A DNA stretch of 64,000 nt, taken from NCBI GenBank assembly GCA_038142325.1, contig JAYQJW010000007.1, forward strand, positions 1 through 64,000, written 5' to 3'. The position numbers were made by a program, and so were the translations under genes. Of this stretch, positions 9,303 through 20,031 are shown one piece after another. The notes under the pieces were generated by a model, which saw only the letters and a program-made list of their open reading frames with translations, had not been told where the DNA came from and ran no database searches. Within the stretch, counting starts at the first letter, position 1; every line of letters starts with the position of its first letter. Origin of the DNA: Gammaproteobacteria bacterium. GTDB lineage: Bacteria; Pseudomonadota; Gammaproteobacteria; GCA-002705445; GCA-002716945.

Positions 9303-12106
9303 ATGAGCGAATTCCTAAAAACTATTGATAAATTAAATGATGCCCAATTGAGGTCGACTGTAAAACTCCTTGGTAAATTATTAGGGAATATAATTAAATC
9401 TCATGCCGGGACTGATGTATATGTAGCAGTTGAAAAATTACGCAAAGGTTTCATAAATCTAAGAAAAGATAATAATCAAGCAAAGCATGATCAGCTAATC
9501 CGTTATATTAGAAGACTGCAGCCAGATACTCTAAAAAATGTGATTAGATCATTTTCTAAATACTTTGCGCTTGTCAATGTCGCAGAAGAGGCATATCAGC
9601 ATATCAACAGAAACAATAGACTAAAATCTGGTTTTGATTCATGGGAGGGCTCTTTTGATCAAACTCTAAGAGACTGCAAATCTTCAGAAATAAATGACAA
9701 AGATCTTGAGACTTTAATTAACTCTCTTCACAACATTCCAGTATTCACTGCACATCCAACAGAAGCTAAAAGACGAAGTAAGCTTGAAGCAATGAGAAGA
9801 ATATTTAACACAATATTAGAGTTACAAAGATATAAGGGTCAGTCCATTAAAAGAGAAGAATTAATAGATGAGCTTCAAGCAGAAATATTAATTCTCTGGA
9901 GAACAGATGAGGTAAGACTCAAAAAACCAACTGTACTCGATGAAGTGGAAAACGGTCTTTATTATTTTAGGACTTCTTTGTTCAAGGCCATACCAGAGGT
10001 TTACAGAGATTTAGAGAAGGCGATTAAAAGGGTGTATCACAGAAATGATATTAAAGTACCAAGCTTTATTAGATTTGGATCATGGATAGGTGGTGATCGT
10101 GATGGAAATCCTTTTGTAACACCTGATATAACAAGAGAAGCCGTTTACATGCATGCAGAGACCGCACTTCATGAATACATACGAAGAGCTCAAAAACTAT
10201 CCACTCTCTTGACACACTCGTCTGGTCTTACCTCTCCTTCATCTGATTTCTTATCATCTGCATCTGATGATGAAAAATATTGTGAAGAGGCATTTAAAAT
10301 TTCAACACAAGATTTTTCGAAAGAACCTTATAGACGTAAATTTAAAATTATAAGATATAGTCTGCAACAAAGATTAAAGGCTATTAAGCAGCTCAAGAAT
10401 AATCCTGATGCTAAAGTTGAACATGCATATGAGTCAGAACAAGATTTGTTAAATGATCTATATCTTGTTAGGAATTCACTTTATGCAGATAATGATGCAA
10501 TTTTGTCTGATTTTGGTCTCAACGATTTTATAAGACTTGTTGAGACATTTGGTTTTTATCTAGTTAATTTAGATATAAGAGAAGAGTCAACTAATCATAC
10601 AAATACAGTTGCTGAGATAATGAAGAATAAACATGATGTGGACTATGATGCGCTTGATGAAAAATCTAGAATAAAAACACTAGAGGAATTTATTAAATCT
10701 GATATTACATTAGATGATGTCTATACAGCATTATCTGATGAATCTAAAAAAGTCTTAGATGTATTTTCTGTAGTAACAAAATTAAGAAATGAGATAAGTG
10801 AGCAAGCATTTGGTACATATGTAATATCAATGACACATCATGCAAGTCATGTGTTTGAGGTACTTGCTCTAGCAAAGTTATGCGGTATGGTGTCAAATGA
10901 TTCTGGCGAATTAAAATCCTCACTTCAGGTAGCTCCATTATTTGAGACTATTGATGATCTCACACGAATCGAGGAAATATTAGAAGACCTGTTTAGCAAC
11001 GAAACATACAATAGTTTAATAGGTCATTACAAAAATAAAAAACTACAGGAAGTAATGCTTGGTTATTCTGATTCATGTAAAGATGGCGGTATATTATCTT
11101 CATCATGGAGCTTATATAAAGCTCAGCAACAAGTATTAGACATATCAAAAAAATACCAAATCGAATGTAGATTATTCCATGGCCGTGGAGGTACTGTTGG
11201 AAGAGGTGGTGGACCGACTCATAATGCTATTCTCGCACAACCAAATAAAACAGTTAGAGGTATGATTAAGATTACCGAACAAGGTGAAGTTCTTTCATAC
11301 AAGTATGCTGTCCCACAATCTGCATCTTATGAACTTGAACTTGCAATCAGCGGACTTATCAAAGCAAGTAAGCATCTTGTTGTTGATGAAGAGATTTGTA
11401 CAAATAACTTTGAAGAAATGATGAGTGAAATGTCTAAGTGCGGTGAGAAAAAATACAGAGATCTTACTGACGATAAACCTGGCATCATGGATTATTTTTA
11501 TGAAGCAACGCCAGTACAGGAGCTTGCAGAATTAAATATTGGGTCACGACCATCTCATCATAGAAAAAAACACAAAGATCAAAGTATTCGATAAGAGCGA
11601 TACCATGGGTTTTTGGATGGTCTCTCTCTAGACACACTCTACCGGCATGGTATGGACTAGGTTCTGCGTTAAATAAAATAGTATCTGAAGATCCTAGTAA
11701 TATGGACAAGCTAAAAAATATGTATTCAGAGTGGCCTTTTTTCAGTGTGCTTCTCGATAATATTCAAATGGCATTAGCTAAATCAGACTTAGGAATTGCC
11801 AGAGATTATTCTCTTTTAGTACAAAATAAAGATGCAGCAAATGAAATAATAAATGATATTGAAGAAGAATTTAAATCTACGGTATCAACACTTTTGAAAA
11901 TTGTTGACTCTGAACAACTCCTATCAGAGAACACCAAGCTATCGTTATCACTTAATAGAAGACAACCATACTTGGATCCTTTAAATTATATTCAGGTAAT
12001 GTTACTAAAAGCTCACCGCGATATGCCTGATAAGGATACAGTTAACCTTGACCCGCTTTTGAGAACCATTCATGCTATTGCTACTGGCATGAGAAACACA
12101 GGTTAA
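9303..12106 (+). CDS. ppc: Phosphoenolpyruvate carboxylase; frameshift near 11570
   Basis: VFTAHPTE, SWIGGDRDGNP, PLFET, QEVMLGYSDSCKDGG, FHGRGGTVGRGGGP, TEQGE, NIGSRP and C-terminal IATGMRNTG. Confidence 0.95.
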
Positions 12107-12109
12107 GAT

Positions 12110-12307
12110 ATGTCAAAGATACTGATTACTCTAGGAGTTATCTTTCTCCTTTTGGGTATTTTATATCCTTATCTAGCTAATCTTGGCATAGGCCGCTTAC
12201 CAGGTGATATCATAATAAAAAAAAATAATTTTAATCTCTATTTTCCAATAACAAGTGCAATAATAATTAGTATATTGATAAGTATAATAATGAAAATTTT
12301 TAGATGA
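12110..12307 (+). CDS. DUF2905 family small membrane protein
   Basis: GRLPGDI...FYFPITS-type motif between two TM helices. Confidence 0.85.
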   Translation: MSKILITLGVIFLLLGILYPYLANLGIGRLPGDIIIKKNNFNLYFPITSAIIISILISIIMKIFR

Positions 12308-12636
12308 GTAATGACAAACAAATTACTGACTTAAATAGCGAATGTGGTTCGTCAGAGCCTTACGCTCTTCAGGTCACAGATAATAGTATGGAACCTGAAT
12401 TTCCAAAAGACTGTATTGTAATAATTGACCCGTCTGGCACTTGTGTTGATGGACAGTATATTTTTGTTGAGTACGATGGTGTTAGATGGTTCAGAAGATT
12501 TAAAATTATTAATCAAGAAAAATACTTACTTGCGCTTAATGATGAATATCCAGAAATAAAACTTGATAATTCATATGATGTTATTGGTATAATTGTCCAA
12601 AAAAACGTAAATAGAAAAATCACTCACTATAATTAG
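12304..12636 (+). CDS. Stand-alone S24 peptidase-like domain protein
   Basis: PYALQVTDNSMEPEF...IVIIDP...LLALND; no HTH domain. Confidence 0.75.
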   Translation: MSNDKQITDLNSECGSSEPYALQVTDNSMEPEFPKDCIVIIDPSGTCVDGQYIFVEYDGVRWFRRFKIINQEKYLLALNDEYPEIKLDNSYDVIGIIVQKNVNRKITHYN

Positions 12637-12637
12637 T

Positions 12638-12889
12638 ATGAAAAAAATAACTATATACAGTACTCGTATCTGCCCTTATTGCGTAAGAGCTAAGAATTTC
12701 TTTAACAAGAAAAATTTAGAATACACTGAGATAATGATTGATCAAGACCCATCTTTGATTAAAGAAATGATTGAAAAATCAGGACGACAATCAGTGCCTC
12801 AGATATTTATTGGAGACTATCATGTTGGTGGATTCGATGATTTAATCGAGCATGATATGGACGGAAAGTTGGAAGGTTTGCTCAATTAA
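12638..12889 (+). CDS. grxC: Glutaredoxin 3
   Basis: CPYC, SVPQIFIG and GGFDDL. Confidence 0.92.
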   Translation: MKKITIYSTRICPYCVRAKNFFNKKNLEYTEIMIDQDPSLIKEMIEKSGRQSVPQIFIGDYHVGGFDDLIEHDMDGKLEGLLN

Positions 12890-13326
12890 TGGATATGAGA
12901 GAAAATAGAGCCATGGAGCTTGAAAGTGGCATTGCTGCTTTTGAAACTAAAAATTTTGCTCATGCCACAAAACTACTATCACCGATAGCAGAAGAGGGTA
13001 ATCCTGATGCCATGTATCGTATGGCAATTATGTTACAAAACGGCTTAGGTTGTCTTGCTAATGAAGATAAAGCTTTTACCTATATGAAAAAAGCAGCCGA
13101 GGAAGGACTACCGCTTGCAATGCATGCGCTTGGTTTTATGTATTTTGAGGGAGAGTGTACTGAAAAAAACTCTGACCTTTGTATCAAATGGTTTGAGCGC
13201 GCAGCTGAAGAAGGAATGATGGGATCTGCGACAACATTAGGTATGATTTATGAAGAAGGTAAAATTGTAGAACAAGATTTAAGCAAAGCTGAAGAATGGT
13301 ATAAAAAGGCAGGCATATCTAAATAA
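12889..13326 (+). CDS. Sel1-repeat protein
   Basis: AEEGNPDAMYR, AMHALGFMYFEGE and KAEEWYKKA repeats. Confidence 0.85.
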   Translation: MDMRENRAMELESGIAAFETKNFAHATKLLSPIAEEGNPDAMYRMAIMLQNGLGCLANEDKAFTYMKKAAEEGLPLAMHALGFMYFEGECTEKNSDLCIKWFERAAEEGMMGSATTLGMIYEEGKIVEQDLSKAEEWYKKAGISK

Positions 13327-13330
13327 ATTC

Positions 13331-14734
13331 ATGAAATATTTTCCATTCTTCTTACAACTCGATAAACTTCCGTGTTTAATTGTTGGTGGTGGTACAGTAG
13401 CAGAGAGAAAACTTGATCTACTTGTCAAAGCTAAAGCTGATATAACAATTCTCTCCTTAGAATTTACAGATTATATTTTAGAGCTTGCTAAAAAAAATAA
13501 TATTACTTGTATTACAGGTAAATATTCTTCACAAATACTTAAAAACAAAAAATATAAATTTGTAATATCTGCTACAAATGATGTTTCTTTAAATGAGAAA
13601 GTTGCAAAAGACTGTTCGGATGAAAATATTATTGTAAATGTAGTCGATCAACCAGATATATGTGATTTTATTTTTCCATCTATTTTAGAGAGAGGTGATA
13701 TTACAGTTGCTGTTTCAACAGGTGGCGCATCACCCGTGCTTGCAAGAGTATTACGAACTAAACTTGAGACAATGGTTCCTGCAGGTTATGGAAAGCTTGC
13801 TGAAATAGTATCTGCTAATAGGATCAAAGTTAGAGAAAAAATGAAGAAGTTCTCTTCAAATAAAATATTTTGGGAACAAATGCTAAATGGTAAGTTTTTA
13901 GAGCTTGTTTTAGCAGGTAAAAATGAAGAAGCTGAAGTATTTCTCAATCAACAAATTGAAGAATTTGATGAGGATATAGCAAATCAAGGAGAAGTATATT
14001 TAGTAGGTGCTGGACCAGGTGACCCAGATTTACTTACCTTCAAGGCTCTTCGCTTAATGCAACAAGCTGATGTAGCACTTTATGATCGTTTAGTTCATCC
14101 TTCTATTGTTGATTTAATTCGAAGAGATGCAACAAAAATATATGTGGGTAAAGAAAGGGATAATCATGTTGTAAGACAAGATGAAATTAATCAACTACTT
14201 GTGAAATATGCTAAAGAGGGCAAAAAGGTTCTGAGATTAAAAGGCGGCGATCCTTTTATATTTGGAAGAGGTGGTGAAGAAATAGAAACATTAGCCGAAG
14301 AGAAAATAGCATTTCAAGTTGTACCAGGTGTTACTAGTGCTAGTGGTTGTTCAACATATAGCGGTATACCTCTAACTCATAGAGACTACGCACAGAGCTG
14401 CATTTTTGTTACAGGGCATCTTAAAGAAGGCAAACTAGAACTTAACTGGGAGAAGTTAATACAACCTAATCAAACAATTGTGTTTTATATGGGTTTAGTT
14501 TCTATTGATATCATTTGCTCTCAACTTATTAAAAATGGCATGAGCGAATCGACACCATGCGCTTTAGTTCAACAAGGTACTACGAATACCCAAAAAGAAT
14601 ATGTATCAACACTTCAGAATATGCCAAGTGTAGTCAAAACTGAAAAACCACAAGCTCCAACTATATTTATTATTGGAGGAGTCGTTTCCCTAAGAGATAA
14701 ACTTAAATGGTATACAGCTAACGCTGAAGACTAA
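13331..14734 (+). CDS. cysG: Siroheme synthase
   Basis: N-terminal dehydrogenase/ferrochelatase (LIVGGGTVAERK, VNVVDQP) plus SUMT domain (VYLVGAGPGDPDLLT, RLKGGDPFIFGRGGEE). Confidence 0.95.
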   Translation: MKYFPFFLQLDKLPCLIVGGGTVAERKLDLLVKAKADITILSLEFTDYILELAKKNNITCITGKYSSQILKNKKYKFVISATNDVSLNEKVAKDCSDENIIVNVVDQPDICDFIFPSILERGDITVAVSTGGASPVLARVLRTKLETMVPAGYGKLAEIVSANRIKVREKMKKFSSNKIFWEQMLNGKFLELVLAGKNEEAEVFLNQQIEEFDEDIANQGEVYLVGAGPGDPDLLTFKALRLMQQADVALYDRLVHPSIVDLIRRDATKIYVGKERDNHVVRQDEINQLLVKYAKEGKKVLRLKGGDPFIFGRGGEEIETLAEEKIAFQVVPGVTSASGCSTYSGIPLTHRDYAQSCIFVTGHLKEGKLELNWEKLIQPNQTIVFYMGLVSIDIICSQLIKNGMSESTPCALVQQGTTNTQKEYVSTLQNMPSVVKTEKPQAPTIFIIGGVVSLRDKLKWYTANAED

Positions 14735-15275
14735 AATTAATTGGAACTCTCAAATCTATTTTATTCTTACCAAGCGAGTCAGGTATTGGAGGAAACGGAG
14801 ATGATTTTAAGACAATCTTTTGAGCTTCTCGGTCCAGAAGACGATGACCTGATGAATTGACTTTCAAATTTACTACTTCACCACTTTTTAAAATAGTAAA
14901 CTCTACCACTGGTGTTCCCTCTTGTCTTCTTTGTAAAGAGAGAAGAGGATATTTTTTATTTGAGTCAAGCATATTTCTAATAACACCATAATAGGATTGA
15001 TATATCTTATCCGTCTTGTCACCTTGAAGACGGTTATCAAATATTGCTTGCTGCTGTTTTTCCTCTTTTTTTAAAACTTTTTTTTCATCAGAAGCTAGAC
15101 CATCATTATCAGATTCATCAATCTGATCCTGCATAAGAACCATTTGAATCTGCATTCCTTGCTCTCCAATCTGACTTATATCTTTTTGTGTATAAACTGA
15201 ATTAAAAGATAACAAAAAAAGACTATGAACTACCAATGAGATAAAAATATATTTATTGAGATTATCAGTTTGCAT
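14718..15275 (-). CDS. tonB: Energy transducer TonB
   Basis: N-terminal TM with SLVVHSL; C-terminal YP...QEGT.VVEFTI...SSGHRLLDREA...VPINF. Confidence 0.85.
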   Translation of the reverse strand: MQTDNLNKYIFISLVVHSLFLLSFNSVYTQKDISQIGEQGMQIQMVLMQDQIDESDNDGLASDEKKVLKKEEKQQQAIFDNRLQGDKTDKIYQSYYGVIRNMLDSNKKYPLLSLQRRQEGTPVVEFTILKSGEVVNLKVNSSGHRLLDREAQKIVLKSSPFPPIPDSLGKNKIDLRVPINFSLQR

Positions 15276-15663
15276 TGAGACTGGATAATAAACGTATGTT
15301 ATTGATTTTATTATTCTGAAGTACAAGTAAAACTTTATTAATATCTGAGACTAAGAGTGATTTATCTGCAATCAAAACGATGTTTGTAGCATCTGAAGTT
15401 TTTAGTAACGTAGAAATATCATTGAGATTTATTTTTTTATCATCAATAAATAATTCTTTATCTTTGTCATAATAAATTTTTATTACCTCTTTATTTTGAA
15501 ACCTATCAAGCTCTACACTAGGTAAATCAAGATTATCTTTTAATATACTTTTTTCAATTACGCCCACTATCATAAAAAATATTAACAGAAGAAAAATTAT
15601 ATTAACTAATGGCAATAATCCATCGTCATCATAATCTCTCTTTATAGTTTTTTTAATTCTCAT
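15265..15663 (-). CDS. exbD: Biopolymer transport protein ExbD
   Basis: LLPLVNIIFLLLIFFMI and LIADK; the usual TM Asp appears as Asn. Confidence 0.8.
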   Translation of the reverse strand: MRIKKTIKRDYDDDGLLPLVNIIFLLLIFFMIVGVIEKSILKDNLDLPSVELDRFQNKEVIKIYYDKDKELFIDDKKINLNDISTLLKTSDATNIVLIADKSLLVSDINKVLLVLQNNKINNIRLLSSLNAN

Positions 15664-16033
15664 TATCTTTAATTCCAATTGAAACATTATTCAATCCATT
15701 AGCCTTAAGAAAACTCATGATGTTTAGGTATCTTTGGTAGGTGACATTATCCTTGGCAGTAATAATGATATTATAATTCTCAGTATTTTTTATCGCGAGC
15801 TGAATCATAGATATCAATTCTTTGTCATCATATATCTTTCCTTCACTTATCACAGTTTCATCTTGTCTCACTAAAAGCTTGATAACTTTCATGTCATCAT
15901 TTTTAACTTGATTAGACTCTTTTGATGTATTCATCTCTAACTGTCCAACTTTATTAAAATTTGATGCGAGCATAAAGAATATTAAGAGTATAAAAACAAC
16001 ATCGATTACTGGCGTTAAGCTTATTTTGGTCAT
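15653..16033 (-). CDS. exbD: Biopolymer transport protein ExbD
   Basis: SLTPVIDVVFILLIFFML motif. Confidence 0.85.
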   Translation of the reverse strand: MTKISLTPVIDVVFILLIFFMLASNFNKVGQLEMNTSKESNQVKNDDMKVIKLLVRQDETVISEGKIYDDKELISMIQLAIKNTENYNIIITAKDNVTYQRYLNIMSFLKANGLNNVSIGIKDNEN

Positions 16034-16151
16034 TGCAATACTCTATGATATTTTCTTATCTTTTGGAACACAGATGCCATCATATCTATACAATCCCTTA
16101 ATACCCTTTAAAATTCAAACAAAATTTGATAGATTTGGGTGGGGTATATAA

Positions 16152-16544
16152 ATGAGTTCTTTGTATAAAGCATTTTTATTTTTTCTGATAGCTGTACAGC
16201 CTTTGCACAGTTATACGTATATAGACATCAAAACTGCAGAAGATTCAAATGGCTTTCATCTACTCCATGCTGAACTCTGTGGTTCAAAATACTCAAATTC
16301 TATTTCACACACTGAAAAACTTAGTGAGTTACTAGATAAAATAAATCAAGCTGTTTTAAGTGAAATGAAAACTGACTGTGTATGCTGCCAGTCTATTGAT
16401 ACATCTAGTATTGATACAATCGTCATGCATCCATATTATTTGGAATTTTCTAAGTCTGAATACATCACCGACAGTCTCTATTATTTTCAAGTTTCAGAAA
16501 ACTATTCAAATCAAAATTCTGTTAGAGCACCTCCAGTTATTTAA
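16152..16544 (+). CDS. DUF2946/CruR-like leader protein (signal peptide, CxxC, C-terminal RAPP)
   Basis: Hydrophobic N-terminus, ELCG, DCVCC and terminal VRAPPVI; immediately upstream of a copper TonB receptor. Confidence 0.65.
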   Translation: MSSLYKAFLFFLIAVQPLHSYTYIDIKTAEDSNGFHLLHAELCGSKYSNSISHTEKLSELLDKINQAVLSEMKTDCVCCQSIDTSSIDTIVMHPYYLEFSKSEYITDSLYYFQVSENYSNQNSVRAPPVI

Positions 16545-16580
16545 TTTCAATTTAATTAATTAACTAATCTGGAGGATAAA

Positions 16581-18596
16581 ATGAACAGATTTTTATTTTT
16601 AATCTTCGTCGCAGTAATAATAAACAATGTTGCAGCTGAAGAAATAACTGATATACAAATAAGTAGTCCAGTCATGGACAAAGCAATAATAAGTAATGAA
16701 GCCATTGAAGAAGTAGATACTCGTAATGCTGTTGATGGTGGCGATCTGCTTAAAAATATTAATGGTATAAATACTATTAGAAGAGGTGGCCATGGACTTG
16801 AAGCAGTTATTCGTGGACAAAGCGATCAAAGGTTAAATACCTTTTTAGATGGTGCTATGGTCTATGGAGCATGCTCATCAAAAATGGATCCAGCAAGTAC
16901 TTATGCTAATGTTAACAACTATGATTCTGTTACTGTCATTAAAGGAACTCAATCAGTTCTTTTTGGTGCAGGTGGACCTGGAGGCATAGTTAGCTTTAAA
17001 CGTGTAACAAATCCAGTAACCAAACCAGAATATAGTCTAGGACAGAGTTTTGATTCCAATGCAGGTGCTTACACAACAAGCGGTAATATGGTATTTCCTA
17101 TTTCATCAAACTCTTATTTAAGACTTAATGGTTCAACTTCAAATGCTGGTAACTATGAAACTGGATCTGGTATCAAGCCTTTGACAGAATATTCTACAAC
17201 TGATTATACAGTCATATTAGGCACACTTTTATCAGATGGTTCTAAATTAGAAGTTAACTACTCGAATAACAGACAAGATAAAGTTGGTTATCCAGGACTT
17301 GCTATGGATATTGCCTATAGTTATACAGATATGTATACGCTGAAGTATCACAGAGTTACTCCACTAGGTATATTTTCATCTATGAATCTAGAACTATTCA
17401 ATACTGACATTGACCATTTGATGGACAATACAACTCTCGGGAGAAAATCAGTTGGAGCTATGGGAGCCATGGCTTGGCCAACTGCATCAGATACATATGG
17501 GGGAAGAGTAATAGGTACTATTGGCTCGAATATGAGAACAGGTATTGATTACGAGCATAATACTAAAAATGCTGAGCAAAATATGGTCATGAGCATGATG
17601 GGCTCATTGACAAATGTTCACATGACATATCTATGGCCAGATGTTGAAACTGAAAAACTAGGCTTATTTTTTGAGCAAGATTTAAAAAATATTTCATATG
17701 GATTAAGATACGATCAAGTAGAGCTTGATCCAAGAAAAGCTAATGTTGATCCCGGAACTGGAACAATGCAAATCACAGCAAATGAAGTCTATGCAAATTC
17801 TGATAACGGTGGTTATGCAGCTGCAACCAAAAGAGAGTTTGATAACTTAAGTGGTTTTTTAAGATTTAACGATATAATGTCTGGAACATCATTGAGTTTG
17901 AGTATAAATGAGAGGGCGCCTGATACAACTGAGCTATTTCAATGCTAAAAAGCATAACTCTAGCGCAATGATGAGGCATGTTGGTAATCCACATCTATCC
18001 TCTGAGCGTCATATGACAGTAGAGCTAGGTTATGATGGAATGGTTTTGGGCAATCATATTAAAGGCTCAATTTATTATAATGATGTCGATGATTACATAA
18101 CAACACATCGTGTTGGTGATAGCGCTATGAAAGCTAGAACTTACAAAAATGTTGATGCAACTTTATTTGGATATGAAATCACAGCACATAGAGTAATCTC
18201 AGGTATAGATACAACGTTGAATCTTAACTACACAAAAGGAGATGACGACACGCAAAATAGACCTCTACCTCAAATTATGCCCCTTGCTGGTGACTTAACT
18301 TTTGAAGTGAAATCTGCAAAAAGTCAAACTATGGTCTTAGAATAAATTTTGCTGATACTCAAGATAGATTTGATTCAAAAGTACTAGATGTTGGAAGAAC
18401 TGCAGGATATACAGTCTATGATATTTTCGCTGGTTTTGAACCAACTCCTAATTTACGTTTTACAGTTGGAATGGGTAATATTACTGATAAAAGATATGCT
18501 ACTCATTTAAATACAACTAACACTCTAGATTCCTCAGCAACTCGTACAGATGAGCCAGGAAGAACACTATTTGGTTCAATCAATTACGATTTTTAA
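16581..18596 (+). CDS. TonB-dependent copper receptor (OprC/NosA-like); frameshifts near 17935 and 18320
   Basis: Plug GACSSKMDPASTY (CxxxM copper motif), IKGTQSVLFG, Met-rich loops, GNPHLSSERH, C-terminal DEPGRTLFGSINYDF with stop at 18594-18596. Confidence 0.8.
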
Positions 18597-18603
18597 GCAA
18601 AAA

Positions 18604-18638
18604 ATAGTCTAGTAGAGATATATTCTCTGCTAGACTAT
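18604..18638. terminator. Hairpin after the TonB receptor (terminator or mRNA stabiliser)
   Basis: ATAGTCTAGTAGAGA-TATAT-TCTCTGCTAGACTAT followed by GTTT. Confidence 0.6.
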
Positions 18639-18659
18639 GTTTCTGAATTAAAAAATATA

Positions 18660-19286
18660 ATGGAAATAACATCAATATTAACTAAAGGTGGGCCTGTAGT
18701 TTTTATACTACTTGCTCTATCTGTCTACGTTCTCTCAATAGTAATTTATAAGATTCATATTCTTCTTAAGGTAAATTTCTTTAGAAGTGATGTTACACAA
18801 GATAGTGTTTCTATGTGGCTTAATGATAATAAAGAAGATGCATATAACTTAATTTCAAAAGACATTCATCCTCAAAAAGAAGTTGTCTCTTTTACGATGT
18901 ATCACTTACTTAAAAATAATTTAACTCAAGATAAAGAACGTTATCTTAGAGAGGAAGTTTCAAGATTAAGTCAAGAGAGGCTTGAGTACTATGAATCTAA
19001 TCTTGATACGTTGAAAGTAATAGCAATGGTAGCGCCACTGCTGGGCCTACTTGGTACAGTATTTGGGATGATTGATGCATTTCAGCAAATGGAGATGGCA
19101 GGAAATAATATTAATCCCTCGACTTTATCTGGTGGTATTTGGGAGGCATTATTGACAACTGCTGTAGGTCTGTCAGTTGCAATACCAACTGTATTATTTG
19201 AGAGTTACTTTAGAGCTACAAATGAGAAACTAAAAATTAATATAGAGCATTCTGTAACTAAGATTCTTACAGCTCACATGAATTAA
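18660..19286 (+). CDS. exbB: MotA/TolQ/ExbB proton channel protein
   Basis: APLLGLLGTVFGMIDAF and GGIWEALLTTAVGL. Confidence 0.9.
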   Translation: MEITSILTKGGPVVFILLALSVYVLSIVIYKIHILLKVNFFRSDVTQDSVSMWLNDNKEDAYNLISKDIHPQKEVVSFTMYHLLKNNLTQDKERYLREEVSRLSQERLEYYESNLDTLKVIAMVAPLLGLLGTVFGMIDAFQQMEMAGNNINPSTLSGGIWEALLTTAVGLSVAIPTVLFESYFRATNEKLKINIEHSVTKILTAHMN

Positions 19287-19732
19287 TTACAGCAACCTTT
19301 ATTAAACTTTTTTAACCTCCAATAATTATAAGGCCAAGGTGTAAGAAAACCTTCTATTAACATTAGTGGCATTACCATTAAATTAATCTTAGCCCCACCG
19401 GTTACTAAGTAATCCACAAGATTCATTGCAATCTCCATACTAATCATAGAAATCAAACTCATCCCTATGGCTGTTCTAAAAGCAGATTTTAAATTCATTT
19501 GTTTAAGTAAGATAACTGTCTCAAGAATAATGCTTGTGATAATTCCATTTGTCATAGCTAGAAGCATAATGGATAATGTGCTCCAAGGAATCTCGTTGAC
19601 TTGAAAATAATATATGGTTCCCATATCACCGATACTACAGCCAATTAAACACCACATAGTATTATAAGCTGATTGTCTCCATGTACTGTTGCAATTCCAA
19701 TCTATGCTATTATCAAGCGCTGTAAAAATCAT
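19283..19732 (-). CDS. DUF4396 family membrane protein
   Basis: NTMWCLIGCSIGD, AIGMSLISMISMEIAMN and PWPYNYWRLKK. Confidence 0.75.
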   Translation of the reverse strand: MIFTALDNSIDWNCNSTWRQSAYNTMWCLIGCSIGDMGTIYYFQVNEIPWSTLSIMLLAMTNGIITSIILETVILLKQMNLKSAFRTAIGMSLISMISMEIAMNLVDYLVTGGAKINLMVMPLMLIEGFLTPWPYNYWRLKKFNKGCCN

Positions 19733-20031
19733 AATTCAATACAGATATTATTATCTTCAATAATTGTTTTGTATGTTTTGACTGGTGCGTCCGCTGGCTC
19801 ATTTAATGGCTGACCAGTCTCTAAATCGAAATAACTTCCATGTAATGAACACTTAATTGTTTTATTTTTTAAACATCCAAGTATTAATTCTGAGTTCTCA
19901 TGACTACACATATTATCGAGTACGAAATATCTTCCTTCGGTGTTTGCTACAAGGTATGAATGATTATTGTGTACAACTTCTATCATATCATTATTTGAGA
20001 AATCATCTTTTGAGCAAAGAGAGACAATCAC
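19729..20031 (-). CDS. Rieske-type [2Fe-2S] ferredoxin
   Basis: CSH...CSLHGSYFDLETG. Confidence 0.9.
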   Translation of the reverse strand: MIVSLCSKDDFSNNDMIEVVHNNHSYLVANTEGRYFVLDNMCSHENSELILGCLKNKTIKCSLHGSYFDLETGQPLNEPADAPVKTYKTIIEDNNICIEL

